Positions 26,012 through 34,235 of a stretch of 34,235 bases of DNA are shown one piece after another. Within the stretch, counting starts at the first letter, position 1. Each line of letters starts with the position of its first letter. A program made the position numbers and the translations under genes. This stretch comes from an uncultured Deferribacteres bacterium (lineage in GTDB: Bacteria > Zhuqueibacterota > Zhuqueibacteria > Zhuqueibacterales > Geothermadaptataceae): assembly GCA_964014485.1 (NCBI GenBank), contig CAXHAT010000080.1:1-34235 (forward strand), read 5' to 3'. The notes beneath the pieces were generated by a model that saw only the letters and a program-made list of their open reading frames with translations, was not told the origin of the DNA and did no database searches.

Positions 26012-27135
26012 TTCTTCTCGCCCAAAACCAGCTTTTCATAAAGTTGTTCAACACGTTCTACCATCTTCTCGCGCGTAAAATGCGTCCTTACGCGTCGCTG
26101 CGCTTCCTGCGCCATCTTTTTTGTCGCGCGCCCGTTTTTAAGCGATCTGAGCAAGGCCGCGGTGAAGACTTCAACATCGCCAGACGGCACAAGCCAGCCG
26201 TGTTTGTTGTCTTCAATAATTTCCGGCGTACCTCCAACGCTCGTTGCGACAATCGGCGTTCCCGCGGCCATCGCTTCCAAAATCGCGATGGAAACGCCTT
26301 CCGTATCGGACGAAGAGCAGAACACGTCCATCACTCCCAGGAATGGGTAAACGTTTTCCTGTCGTCCGGCAAAAATGACTTTGTCGGAAATTTTAAGTTC
26401 CGCCGTTAGCTTGCGTAACGCCGCTTCTTCCGCCCCGTCTCCCACGAGAAGCAGCCCGGTCTTCGGATGATGTTCTAGATTTTTTCTGAAGGCTTTGAAG
26501 AGCAAGCCAAAATTTTTTCGCACGTCAAGTCTGCCCACGGCGCCGATGATTTTGTCAAACCGCTCTAACTCAAATGCCGCCCGGACGTCACCGGCGGCTT
26601 CCAGCGCTCCGTTTTTGGGAAGGTTCAAACCATTGTGCAATGTCACTAGCGTTTCTTCGCGCAACCCGCCTTTTTCGCGTAAGCGCCGGTTCAAATCGTC
26701 AGAGACCGCGATCGTGCAATCCGTCCTGCGGTTCAGCGCCTTTTCGAGCAAGCGCCGAATCGGATTGTCGATGGTAAAAGTTGAATGTTCGTGGGTGATA
26801 ATTGTCTCGACGTCTTCCAGAATTCCGGCCAATCGCGCCCAAAGATTCGCCGTGAAAACGTGCGTATGCAAAATATTCACTTCGTTGGTGCGAATCAGGA
26901 TGCGCAGATTTTTCAGCATGGAAAGATCAATTTTACGGCCTTTCCAGAGCGAATAAACCGGAATTCCCGCGTCTTCCAGCTCCTTCGCCATCCGCCCCTT
27001 GCGGCGCAGGCAGCAAACCAGCGGTCGGTACCGATCTTGATCCAGCCCCAAAACAACGTCGATCAACACTCTCTCCGCACCGCCGCTTTCAAGGTCTTCG
27101 ATAACGTGCAGCACAGTCAGTCTATTTTGGCTCAT
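26008..27135 (-). CDS. family 4 (GT-B) glycosyltransferase
   Basis: GGAE, LHTH, VGRL..RKN and EGVSIAILEAMAAG.PIVAT.VGG motifs. Confidence 0.93.
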   Translation of the reverse strand: MSQNRLTVLHVIEDLESGGAERVLIDVVLGLDQDRYRPLVCCLRRKGRMAKELEDAGIPVYSLWKGRKIDLSMLKNLRILIRTNEVNILHTHVFTANLWARLAGILEDVETIITHEHSTFTIDNPIRRLLEKALNRRTDCTIAVSDDLNRRLREKGGLREETLVTLHNGLNLPKNGALEAAGDVRAAFELERFDKIIGAVGRLDVRKNFGLLFKAFRKNLEHHPKTGLLLVGDGAEEAALRKLTAELKISDKVIFAGRQENVYPFLGVMDVFCSSSDTEGVSIAILEAMAAGTPIVATSVGGTPEIIEDNKHGWLVPSGDVEVFTAALLRSLKNGRATKKMAQEAQRRVRTHFTREKMVERVEQLYEKLVLGEKK

Positions 27136-27180
27136 ATTTATTTTGCTATTCCCGTCAGGAATTTTTGCGGCGTTTTCCGT

Positions 27181-28443
27181 TTATTTCTGCGATTTGTCGT
27201 TCTGTGAATGAGAGTTGGAGAGCAGGTTTTCAAACGCCGAAATAAATTGCTTTGAAGTCTCTTTTTCGTCGAAAAGTGCCAGCGCGCATTCCTGGCCTTT
27301 TTCGGTCATTTCGCGGCGTTTTTCAGGCTCGTTTTTCATGCGCATAATTGCCGCCGCCGCCGCTTGCGGATCGTTCGGCGCGACGATGAATCCCGTTTCT
27401 TCATGCCGCACCAATTCCGGCATCGCGTTCAAAGGCGTGCCGATAACCGCGAGCTTTGCAGCCAGAGATTCAATGAAAACGTTTGGCAGCCCCCAGTGTA
27501 AATCCGGCCTTGCCAGCAAAATGAAAACATGCGCCCATTCTCGCAACGGCTGAATTTCAGCCTGCGGCAAGTACCCCAACAATTTGACATGTTTTTCCAG
27601 CCCGAATTTTGCGATCTGCGCTCGAATATTGCGCCGCTTTGGCCCGTCTCCAACAATGCGGCATTCAAACTGAACGCCGTATTCCTTGAGCAAAGCGCAG
27701 GTCTCAATCAGCGTGTCAAAGCCCTTGGTTTTATAAAAAGTACCGATCGACAAAATGCGAAAAGCGCCGTCGCCGTTTACGTTGAAACGGGCGTTTTCAC
27801 ACAGCGCGCTCAGCGGTTTGCCATGATAAATTCTCTGAATCGCCTCGCTTTGTTGAGGCGTCATTTCGGCCAGGTAGCGCTGATTAAAATCCGTGCAGGT
27901 CATCACCAGGCGCGTGTGTTTGAGCTTTGCGCGCAGCATCGTGTCATCTTCATAAATATCATGCGCGTGCGCCGAAAAACTGTAAGGAATACCTTCGAGC
28001 CGGTTGGCGATCCAGGCGATTGTGCAGGGAAAGGTCGCCCAAAAAGCATGGATGTGCGCGACGTCGCGTTCTTTCATGAGGCGCGCGTAACAAACCGCTT
28101 TCGGGAAAAGCGTGAGACTTTTTGCCAGCGCAATCGGCGACCGTACCATATGAAAAATCAATAAAAACAATGCTTTGAAATATCGATTCGGCGAATTCTT
28201 CAAATAGTGCGTCTGAGCTGCGAACAATTCTTTTGAGAACAAAAACTTGCGATAAATCAGACGCGTCAAAAGCGCCCGCGCCGGTTCATGGACGATTTTG
28301 TCACGTGAAGGCTTGATGGAAAAAATATCGAACGCATAGCCTTCGTTCGCCAAGAGCGCTATTTCTCGCAGGATGAACGTTTCATCCACGCAAGGAAATT
28401 TTGATACGATGAGAGCGAGGCGTTTTCGAGCGTTTGAGGACAT
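27181..28443 (-). CDS. family 4 glycosyltransferase (WcaL-like)
   Basis: FP..DETFILREI, HIHAFW, SFSAHAHDIY, KG and GLPNVFIESLA motifs. Confidence 0.92.
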   Translation of the reverse strand: MSSNARKRLALIVSKFPCVDETFILREIALLANEGYAFDIFSIKPSRDKIVHEPARALLTRLIYRKFLFSKELFAAQTHYLKNSPNRYFKALFLLIFHMVRSPIALAKSLTLFPKAVCYARLMKERDVAHIHAFWATFPCTIAWIANRLEGIPYSFSAHAHDIYEDDTMLRAKLKHTRLVMTCTDFNQRYLAEMTPQQSEAIQRIYHGKPLSALCENARFNVNGDGAFRILSIGTFYKTKGFDTLIETCALLKEYGVQFECRIVGDGPKRRNIRAQIAKFGLEKHVKLLGYLPQAEIQPLREWAHVFILLARPDLHWGLPNVFIESLAAKLAVIGTPLNAMPELVRHEETGFIVAPNDPQAAAAAIMRMKNEPEKRREMTEKGQECALALFDEKETSKQFISAFENLLSNSHSQNDKSQK

Positions 28444-28486
28444 ACTTTGTTCAATAACTGTTCAGCTAACCAACCGCGTTTGAGCG

Positions 28487-28516
28487 TGTAGGGGTTCAAG
28501 ATTTTGAACCCCTACA
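28487..28516. repeat. GTAG-type REP palindrome, copy 2
   Basis: Perfect 13-bp stem TGTAGGGGTTCAA-GATT-TTGAACCCCTACA between the flippase and GT genes. Confidence 0.82.
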
Positions 28517-28605
28517 ACCAATTATGCGGCAATTTTGAGATAGCTTATTCTACAAAAAGGCATTCTCATCACGCGAACCAATTTCAGCGGGTTGCCGATC
28601 AATGA

Positions 28606-30099
28606 TCAAGAAAACATTTTTCCCGCCTGGTTTCGGAACACCCTTGTTACATTCCGCAGAAAATCTTTGTCGATAAGCGCCAGGATCGCGAAATAAATCG
28701 AGGCGCCAAGTACGATCTCTACGGCCAGCGACCAGAGCGGCGTTGAAAATGAAATTTGCTCAAGAAAAAACCACATGGCCGCACCGGCGAGCCCGGCGTT
28801 CAGAAGCGTCGGCCAGGGAAATTGAAAATGCAGGCTTTTTCCGGCGCGCTTTTTCGCCCAAACTGCTAAAACAAGATAACTCAACAGTTTAGCAATGGCG
28901 GCGCCTTCCAACCCGAGCAAAGGGATGAGCGCAGTGCTCAAACCGACATTCAATACAATGACCACGGCGAGCAGCATCGTTAATGCGCCGGTTTTTTTGT
29001 GAATGTACAGACCCGCAGCCAATATTGGCAGTGCGCCGTTGGCCAACATGCCGAAAATTATCCAGGGCATAATTACGTGCCCTTGCTGAAATTTCGTTGA
29101 AGCGATCACGGAAATGAGATCAACTTTGACCGCGATGCAGCCGAACGCCAAAGGCACAGCCAGGAAAAGATACGTTTTCAGCGCATTTTGCAAAAACCGG
29201 TGCGTCTCCGCTTCACCTTGTTGCGCCCAGATTCGCATGTAGACGGGCACGACAGCCGTTGCCAGCGGAAGCACGGCGACGTCTTTGACATAATCGGTCA
29301 AATTGTAGGCCGCGCTGTAGTACCCGACCGCTTCTAGGTTCAAAAAAATTTGCAGCAGATATTTGTCAGCGCTGTTCATCAGCACCGAACCAAGCTCGAA
29401 GCCGATGAGCGGAGCGCCATAAAGCAACGTGGCCTTGAAGACGTTTGGCGAAAACTTTACGGGGTTGGGCGAAGATCGCTTGATGCGCCAGCGCAACATA
29501 AAGCCAAAACTCAAGGCCATCGCCAGAGCCTGGGCGGCGTAGAATGCTTCAAGCGTACCGGAGACCCAGAACAGAAAAACCAGGATTAGCCCGAGGTTCA
29601 GGTAGCGGCTAAGGACGCGATAAAAGTTCAGTACCGCCGTTTCCTGTTCCGCGCGCCAGAACGCCAGCAAAAGGCTCTCCGCCGCGCGAAAAAACACCAG
29701 CCCGCTGCTGACGGCAATTAGTGTTGAGATGCGCCCATCAACAAAATTGAATTTTGCCGCCAGGAGATTTCCAAAGAGCCAAATGAGCGTAAGCCCGAGC
29801 GCCAGGACAATTCCGCCCCAAAGCCCTGAAGCGATGAACGTTTTCAGGCCGTCTCGATTCCCGCCTTCGCTCGAGTTGTAAGCGTCAAAATCACGAACAA
29901 CGCCGTGTTGCAGGCCGCCTTTCGCGAGGGCGACGAGAATGATCAGCGTGGTCGCGATCAAGTTCATCAGCCCGTAATCCGCCGGCGAAAATACGCGCGT
30001 AAGAATCGGAAACGAGATCAGCGACGACGCGAGAATCAGAATTTGCGCAATCGAATAATGTGACGATTGCTTGAGAAACCGGGCGAGAATGTTTTGCAT
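28606..30099 (-). CDS. Wzx-type oligosaccharide flippase
   Basis: PILTRVFSPADYG, DKYLL...EAVGYYSAAY and LIPLLGLEGAAIA motifs. Many TM helices. Confidence 0.9.
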   Translation of the reverse strand: MQNILARFLKQSSHYSIAQILILASSLISFPILTRVFSPADYGLMNLIATTLIILVALAKGGLQHGVVRDFDAYNSSEGGNRDGLKTFIASGLWGGIVLALGLTLIWLFGNLLAAKFNFVDGRISTLIAVSSGLVFFRAAESLLLAFWRAEQETAVLNFYRVLSRYLNLGLILVFLFWVSGTLEAFYAAQALAMALSFGFMLRWRIKRSSPNPVKFSPNVFKATLLYGAPLIGFELGSVLMNSADKYLLQIFLNLEAVGYYSAAYNLTDYVKDVAVLPLATAVVPVYMRIWAQQGEAETHRFLQNALKTYLFLAVPLAFGCIAVKVDLISVIASTKFQQGHVIMPWIIFGMLANGALPILAAGLYIHKKTGALTMLLAVVIVLNVGLSTALIPLLGLEGAAIAKLLSYLVLAVWAKKRAGKSLHFQFPWPTLLNAGLAGAAMWFFLEQISFSTPLWSLAVEIVLGASIYFAILALIDKDFLRNVTRVFRNQAGKMFS

Positions 30100-30108
30100 T
30101 TAGGATCG

Positions 30109-31314
30109 TCAATCAACCAACTGCGCGTACAATGTTTCGTGTCGTTCCACCGCTTTTTGAATGGTGAAATGCGCTTCAACGCGCTCTCGTCCGGCGGCGC
30201 CCATTTTTGCGCGCAATTCACTCGACGCCAACAATTTCCCCAATGCGTCAGCGAGAGAATCCACCTCCGACGGCGGGGTAAGAAAACCGGTTTCCTGATC
30301 AACAACTTGCTCTTTGTTTCCGCCTACGTTTGAGGCTGCGACAGGCTTTCCGGCGGCCATCGCTTCGAGAATTGTATTCGAAAACCCTTCTGACAGTGAC
30401 GGCGCAACGAGGACGTCGCTGGCATGTAAAATTTCAAGCGCGTCTTTACGCGAGCCAAGAAATTTGACCCGGCTTTCGTTTCCGGCCCGAGCGACGGTTT
30501 GTTTGAGTTTTTCGTGCAGTTTTTCGTCCGCCGAATACCCAAGCAGCAGCAATCGCGCATGGGGAAACTTTTCAGCGATGCGATTGAAAGCTTCAATCGC
30601 GAAAATATGACCTTTCGCTTCCCGAATATTTGCAATCATCGCTACCACGACGTCGTCCAGAGCCAGACCAATTTCCTTACGCTTTGCCATGCCGCGATCC
30701 GCCGCCAGGATGCGCTCAACGTTAACGCCGTTGTACATGATTTTGATTTGGTCCTTATCGAGCCCTGTACGTTCACACGCCGCGTTACGGACAGCAGCGG
30801 AATTGGCGGTGACGCAGTCCGCCCAGCGCCGATCCGCAAAATCGTTGAGCTTCACAATTTGCTTGCCGTCGAAGCCGCCGAGATCGCGGTGGCTGGAAAT
30901 GACGGCTTTCACGCCGGGCACACGCCCGACTAATGCCGCGAGTACGTTGCTGGTCGGCAAAAATGCGTGAATAATGTCCGGTTGGATTTTTCTGATTTTG
31001 GCGCGCAGTTGCCGAACGCTTGCCACTGCCCGCAATTGCGTCCAGTTTGTTTCGCCGACGGCTTCGCAGGGGATTTCACTCTTTTGCAAACGCTCGCGCA
31101 TTTCGGGTTCAACTTCTGAAAGCGCGATAAAATGGGGCGCGAACTTTTTGCGATCTAAATTGACGGCCAGTTCGACCATTTGCACCGGCGTGCCGCCGAA
31201 TGTGACTTTATCCGTTAAAAAGAGCACTTTAATGGGACGTTGATTTTCCCAGTCGTTTGTTTGAGTTGTTTTGAGCGCCTTTTGTTCAGCGCGATAGAGA
31301 ATAGCAGGGTGCAT
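30109..31314 (-). CDS. family 4 glycosyltransferase
   Basis: GGT, PDIIHAF, ANIREAKGH and SEGFSNTILEAMAAGKPV motifs. Exact start uncertain. Confidence 0.92.
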   Translation of the reverse strand: MHPAILYRAEQKALKTTQTNDWENQRPIKVLFLTDKVTFGGTPVQMVELAVNLDRKKFAPHFIALSEVEPEMRERLQKSEIPCEAVGETNWTQLRAVASVRQLRAKIRKIQPDIIHAFLPTSNVLAALVGRVPGVKAVISSHRDLGGFDGKQIVKLNDFADRRWADCVTANSAAVRNAACERTGLDKDQIKIMYNGVNVERILAADRGMAKRKEIGLALDDVVVAMIANIREAKGHIFAIEAFNRIAEKFPHARLLLLGYSADEKLHEKLKQTVARAGNESRVKFLGSRKDALEILHASDVLVAPSLSEGFSNTILEAMAAGKPVAASNVGGNKEQVVDQETGFLTPPSEVDSLADALGKLLASSELRAKMGAAGRERVEAHFTIQKAVERHETLYAQLVD

Positions 31315-31361
31315 TTTTAGTAATTTGTGATTAGAAGTTAGTGAATGGTTTTTCGTGATTA

Positions 31362-31467
31362 GTGAGCTGTGAGCTGTGAGCTGTGAGCTGTGAGCTGTGA
31401 GCTGTAAACTGTAAGGAGACTCCTTGTTTCAGTTCACAGTTTACTGCTTACTGCTTACTGCTTACTG
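31362..31467. repeat. opposed heptamer tandem repeats
   Basis: (GTGAGCT)x6 plus GTAAACT at 31362-31410, and (TTACTGC)x3 plus TTACTG at 31441-31467. The two arrays are near reverse complements of each other. Confidence 0.9.
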
Positions 31468-32879
31468 AAAAGTCGTCTTCTTCTCAAAAAAATGTAGGCG
31501 AATGTCAGCGCTACGTTGACCCAATAAAGTCCGACAAGCTCTTCTCGTACGAAACGCGAGCCGAAAACATTGACCACGAAAATGCCGACGATGCAGGCCA
31601 TCCCGCCAAGCATCCAGCCTTGAATCAAGCGATTGCCGGTTGTGCGATAAACGTGCGCCATGGCGCCGAACGGGACGAGAAGAAGAAGCAGAAAAATAAT
31701 AAGTCCACTTACCCCCATTTCCGCCCCGACGCGCAAATACATGTTGTGCGCGTCCATGCCCCACTCCATGTTTGCATACTTGGGCACCGTGTAGCGAAAC
31801 GTGTTGTATCCCATGCCGACAATCGGGCGGTCTTGAATAATGCGCCAACCGCCGCGCCAAATTCGGATGCGCTGAGCGGAACTGGTTTCGAGGCCGCGTT
31901 CCATTTCGTCCGGCGCCGGGACGCGTCCGCCGACAAGTTCGTTGGAAGTGACGGTCGTTGCTTCAACGCGAGTCTGCACAATGCCCGGCGCCCACGCTTC
32001 GTAGGTTACCGCGGCGACAATGATAAATGGCAGCATCCAACGAAAACGAACAACGCTGAGAAAAAGGATGACGGCGACAAGCCCGAGATAAGCTCCGCGC
32101 GACAAAGAGAAAATCAGCGGAATTAACGAAAGCGCAAAAACGCCGCCTAAAACGGCTTTCATTATCAAATTCTTGTGATTGAGGGCGATGGCAAGAGCGA
32201 TGACGGGATAAAAAACGAAAAACGCCGCCAGATCGTTTTCGCCGCCAATGCCGAACGGCCCGCCAAAGCGCGTGCCGTAATTGATGTTGTGAAAACCATA
32301 GGCGTTCAAATCCCACACAGTCATCAGCGTGATCACCAGCGTCATCGCGATGGTGGTCATCAACAGGCGCTTGATTGCGGGACGGTCCAGATTGCTGTTT
32401 GCGATTGGGAAGAATAACAGGATTGGGCTAAGCCAGCGTTTGAGCGGATTCAATTGTTCAAACATGAACCAACTGCCAATCGTGGCGGCGCTGTTTACCA
32501 ACGCTCCAAGACATGCGAGTACAAAAAACAGCAGGACGATGTTCATCCAACTCGATTGAATGAGCCTGCGCCGCTTCAGGATGGCGTTCACGAGCCAAAC
32601 GGAAGTCATGGCGACGGCCAACAGATTGAATGGATTGAGGACGCCGAAGGATTTCAGGCTTACCGGCAGCGCCGACTGCAGCGGCAAAAGTATGATCATC
32701 GCGTGGATCAGCGCTTCAAACCGAACCATGCCGATGATTGCGACGGCGCCGCCAAGCACAAGCGCAGCGGCAACGCCGGTGGAATAGAACGCGATCAGCA
32801 GCGAAATAAAAAGACAAGTCACAACCGCCGTAATTACATAAAAACGGCTTGGCGAATTGGCGAGAGAAAATGTGTGCAT
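31455..32879 (-). CDS. O-antigen ligase/Wzy polymerase family membrane protein
   Basis: NDLA, SLSRGAYLG, R..IW...PIVGMG and AHNMYL...AEMGVSG motifs. Located within a Wzx/Wzc cluster. Confidence 0.9.
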   Translation of the reverse strand: MHTFSLANSPSRFYVITAVVTCLFISLLIAFYSTGVAAALVLGGAVAIIGMVRFEALIHAMIILLPLQSALPVSLKSFGVLNPFNLLAVAMTSVWLVNAILKRRRLIQSSWMNIVLLFFVLACLGALVNSAATIGSWFMFEQLNPLKRWLSPILLFFPIANSNLDRPAIKRLLMTTIAMTLVITLMTVWDLNAYGFHNINYGTRFGGPFGIGGENDLAAFFVFYPVIALAIALNHKNLIMKAVLGGVFALSLIPLIFSLSRGAYLGLVAVILFLSVVRFRWMLPFIIVAAVTYEAWAPGIVQTRVEATTVTSNELVGGRVPAPDEMERGLETSSAQRIRIWRGGWRIIQDRPIVGMGYNTFRYTVPKYANMEWGMDAHNMYLRVGAEMGVSGLIIFLLLLLVPFGAMAHVYRTTGNRLIQGWMLGGMACIVGIFVVNVFGSRFVREELVGLYWVNVALTFAYIFLRRRRLFSKQ

Positions 32880-32889
32880 TAACGCCCTC

Positions 32890-34235
32890 CTACACTGATT
32901 TCAGCAGAGCAGGCCGTCGCTGTCGCTCCCCTTTTCTGTAAGTTCGAAGATAGCTTCCCGGACCGTATTCTTTCTCAACTTTCAACTTATTCAAAACCGC
33001 AAGAATCTCTTTTTTGCCGCCGCGTTGGACGAGATTGATTGCTTTTTGCGCCGCTTCGATCTCGGTGTGCCCGGATTGCAGCGCCAGGAGAACCAAATCA
33101 ACATGTGGCGTGAGGAGAATCGGATCCGAAATCGGCACAACCGGCGGCGCATCAATGATGATGACGTCATAATTTTCGCGCAGCTCTTGCAGCAGCGTCG
33201 CCATTTTTGCATTGATCGAAAGCTTTTGAAAATTGATTTGCTTGGTGCCCGCCTGAATAATATCCATGGCGGAGCCGTTCATTCTCACGCTGTTTTGTAA
33301 GCGTGTCGGCGAAATCTCATCGGCCAACCAGTTGGAAAGGCCGACGTTTTCTTCAATGCCGAGCAAGGTGTGCGAGCTCGGATGGTAAAGGTCAGCATCC
33401 AGAAGAATGGTCTTTTTGCCGAACAATGTGAACGAACTGGCAAGATTCATCGCAATCGTCGATTTGCCGTCGCCTGGCCCCGGGCTGGTGACCATGATCG
33501 TTTTACGATTTTCGCCTTCAGCCAGGGCAAAATCGATTGCCGTACGCAGAGCGCGAAAATTCTCCGCGACGTCAGAAGAAGGCGCGCTGAGTTGCAAGAC
33601 GTTTTGCTCAGGCTTTGGCGAGCGCTTACCCGCCGCTTCTGAAGACGCGATGACATAACCCGCCACCGGAACGCCAAGTTTTTTCTCAACGTCTTCCGGC
33701 GTTTTCAGCGTCCGGTCGAGAGCTTCACGCAGATAAGCGAAACCAACGCCGATCATTAGGCCTAAAATCAGGCCCATGAAAATTTTCAAAGGTCTGCGTC
33801 GCGGCAACGGGCGGATTGGACGCTCGGCCGGTTCGATGATGTTTACGTTCAGCGCTTTGTTCGCTTCGAGACCCTGCACTTTTTCGTTCGTGCGCAGCAT
33901 CCCCTGGTAAGCGTCTTGCGCGGCTTCAACTTCTCTCTCGAGCTTGAGCAACTGCTGCTCTTCATCAGAAGTTGCGCTGAGCAGTCTCCGGCGGTATTCT
34001 CCGGCCAATGCTTGCAAGCCCTGCTCTTTCATTTTAATGGTGTTGAGCTCAACCTCATTCAACAATTTCTCAACGTACAAATCGTGCCAGAGCATCGCGA
34101 CTTCCGTCGTATCGTTGACTGCCAGGTTCGTCGGGTTGCCGGCCAGACTGCGCAATTCGGTCATCGTCGTTTCGATTTCGCGGTTAAGACCTTGTATTTT
34201 CGGATGTTTTTCAGTGAAGAGCGCTTTTTGTGAAT
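32890..34235 (-). CDS. Wzc/GumC-type polysaccharide co-polymerase / tyrosine autokinase (5' part outside the window)
   Basis: Frame is open to the window edge (SQKALFTEKHPKI...). TM helix, ENFRALRT, Walker A GPGDGKST, DADL, Walker B IIIDAPP and C-terminal tyrosines. Confidence 0.93.
   Translation of the reverse strand, partial: SQKALFTEKHPKIQGLNREIETTMTELRSLAGNPTNLAVNDTTEVAMLWHDLYVEKLLNEVELNTIKMKEQGLQALAGEYRRRLLSATSDEEQQLLKLEREVEAAQDAYQGMLRTNEKVQGLEANKALNVNIIEPAERPIRPLPRRRPLKIFMGLILGLMIGVGFAYLREALDRTLKTPEDVEKKLGVPVAGYVIASSEAAGKRSPKPEQNVLQLSAPSSDVAENFRALRTAIDFALAEGENRKTIMVTSPGPGDGKSTIAMNLASSFTLFGKKTILLDADLYHPSSHTLLGIEENVGLSNWLADEISPTRLQNSVRMNGSAMDIIQAGTKQINFQKLSINAKMATLLQELRENYDVIIIDAPPVVPISDPILLTPHVDLVLLALQSGHTEIEAAQKAINLVQRGGKKEILAVLNKLKVEKEYGPGSYLRTYRKGERQRRPALLKSV

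Noticed and set aside
31362..31467. CRISPR array
   Set aside because: These are contiguous 7-mers with no spacers, and no cas genes are present.

Overview
This is a bacterial chromosomal window of moderate GC. Two proteins end in 'NYPNPFNP' T9SS-type C-terminal sorting domains and one is a SusD-like lipoprotein, yet the genes use strong Shine-Dalgarno sites and canonical sigma70 promoters. By inference this points to an FCB-associated lineage outside Bacteroidia, such as KSB1, Calditrichota or Ignavibacteria. From left to right the window holds: (1) a minus-strand YHYH / MORN-variant / SCO lipoprotein trio; (2) a secreted Asp-box propeller protein, an orphan SusD, a frameshifted membrane-protein remnant and a secreted EEP-fold protein with altered catalytic motifs; (3) a fused M16 peptidase, moaA and a divergent DUF420-like gene; (4) a 14.1-15.1 kb stretch with a candidate ECF-driven CCUCCUCCC small RNA, divergent from two small ORFs, one absent from the ORF track; (5) a plus-strand run of NTF2-like, PLP class V, holin-like, PAP2, Na+/solute symporter and pentapeptide genes; (6) a candidate structured RNA before a VanZ-like gene, and PhzF; (7) the distal part of a Wzx/Wzy exopolysaccharide cluster cut by the window edge. 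Non-coding repeats include two inverted copies of a REP doublet, two GTAG-type REPs (one inside a MITE-like element) and opposed heptamer tandem repeats. I saw no rRNA, tRNA, CRISPR array, transposase or prophage. All calls come from reading motifs by eye; no searches were run.
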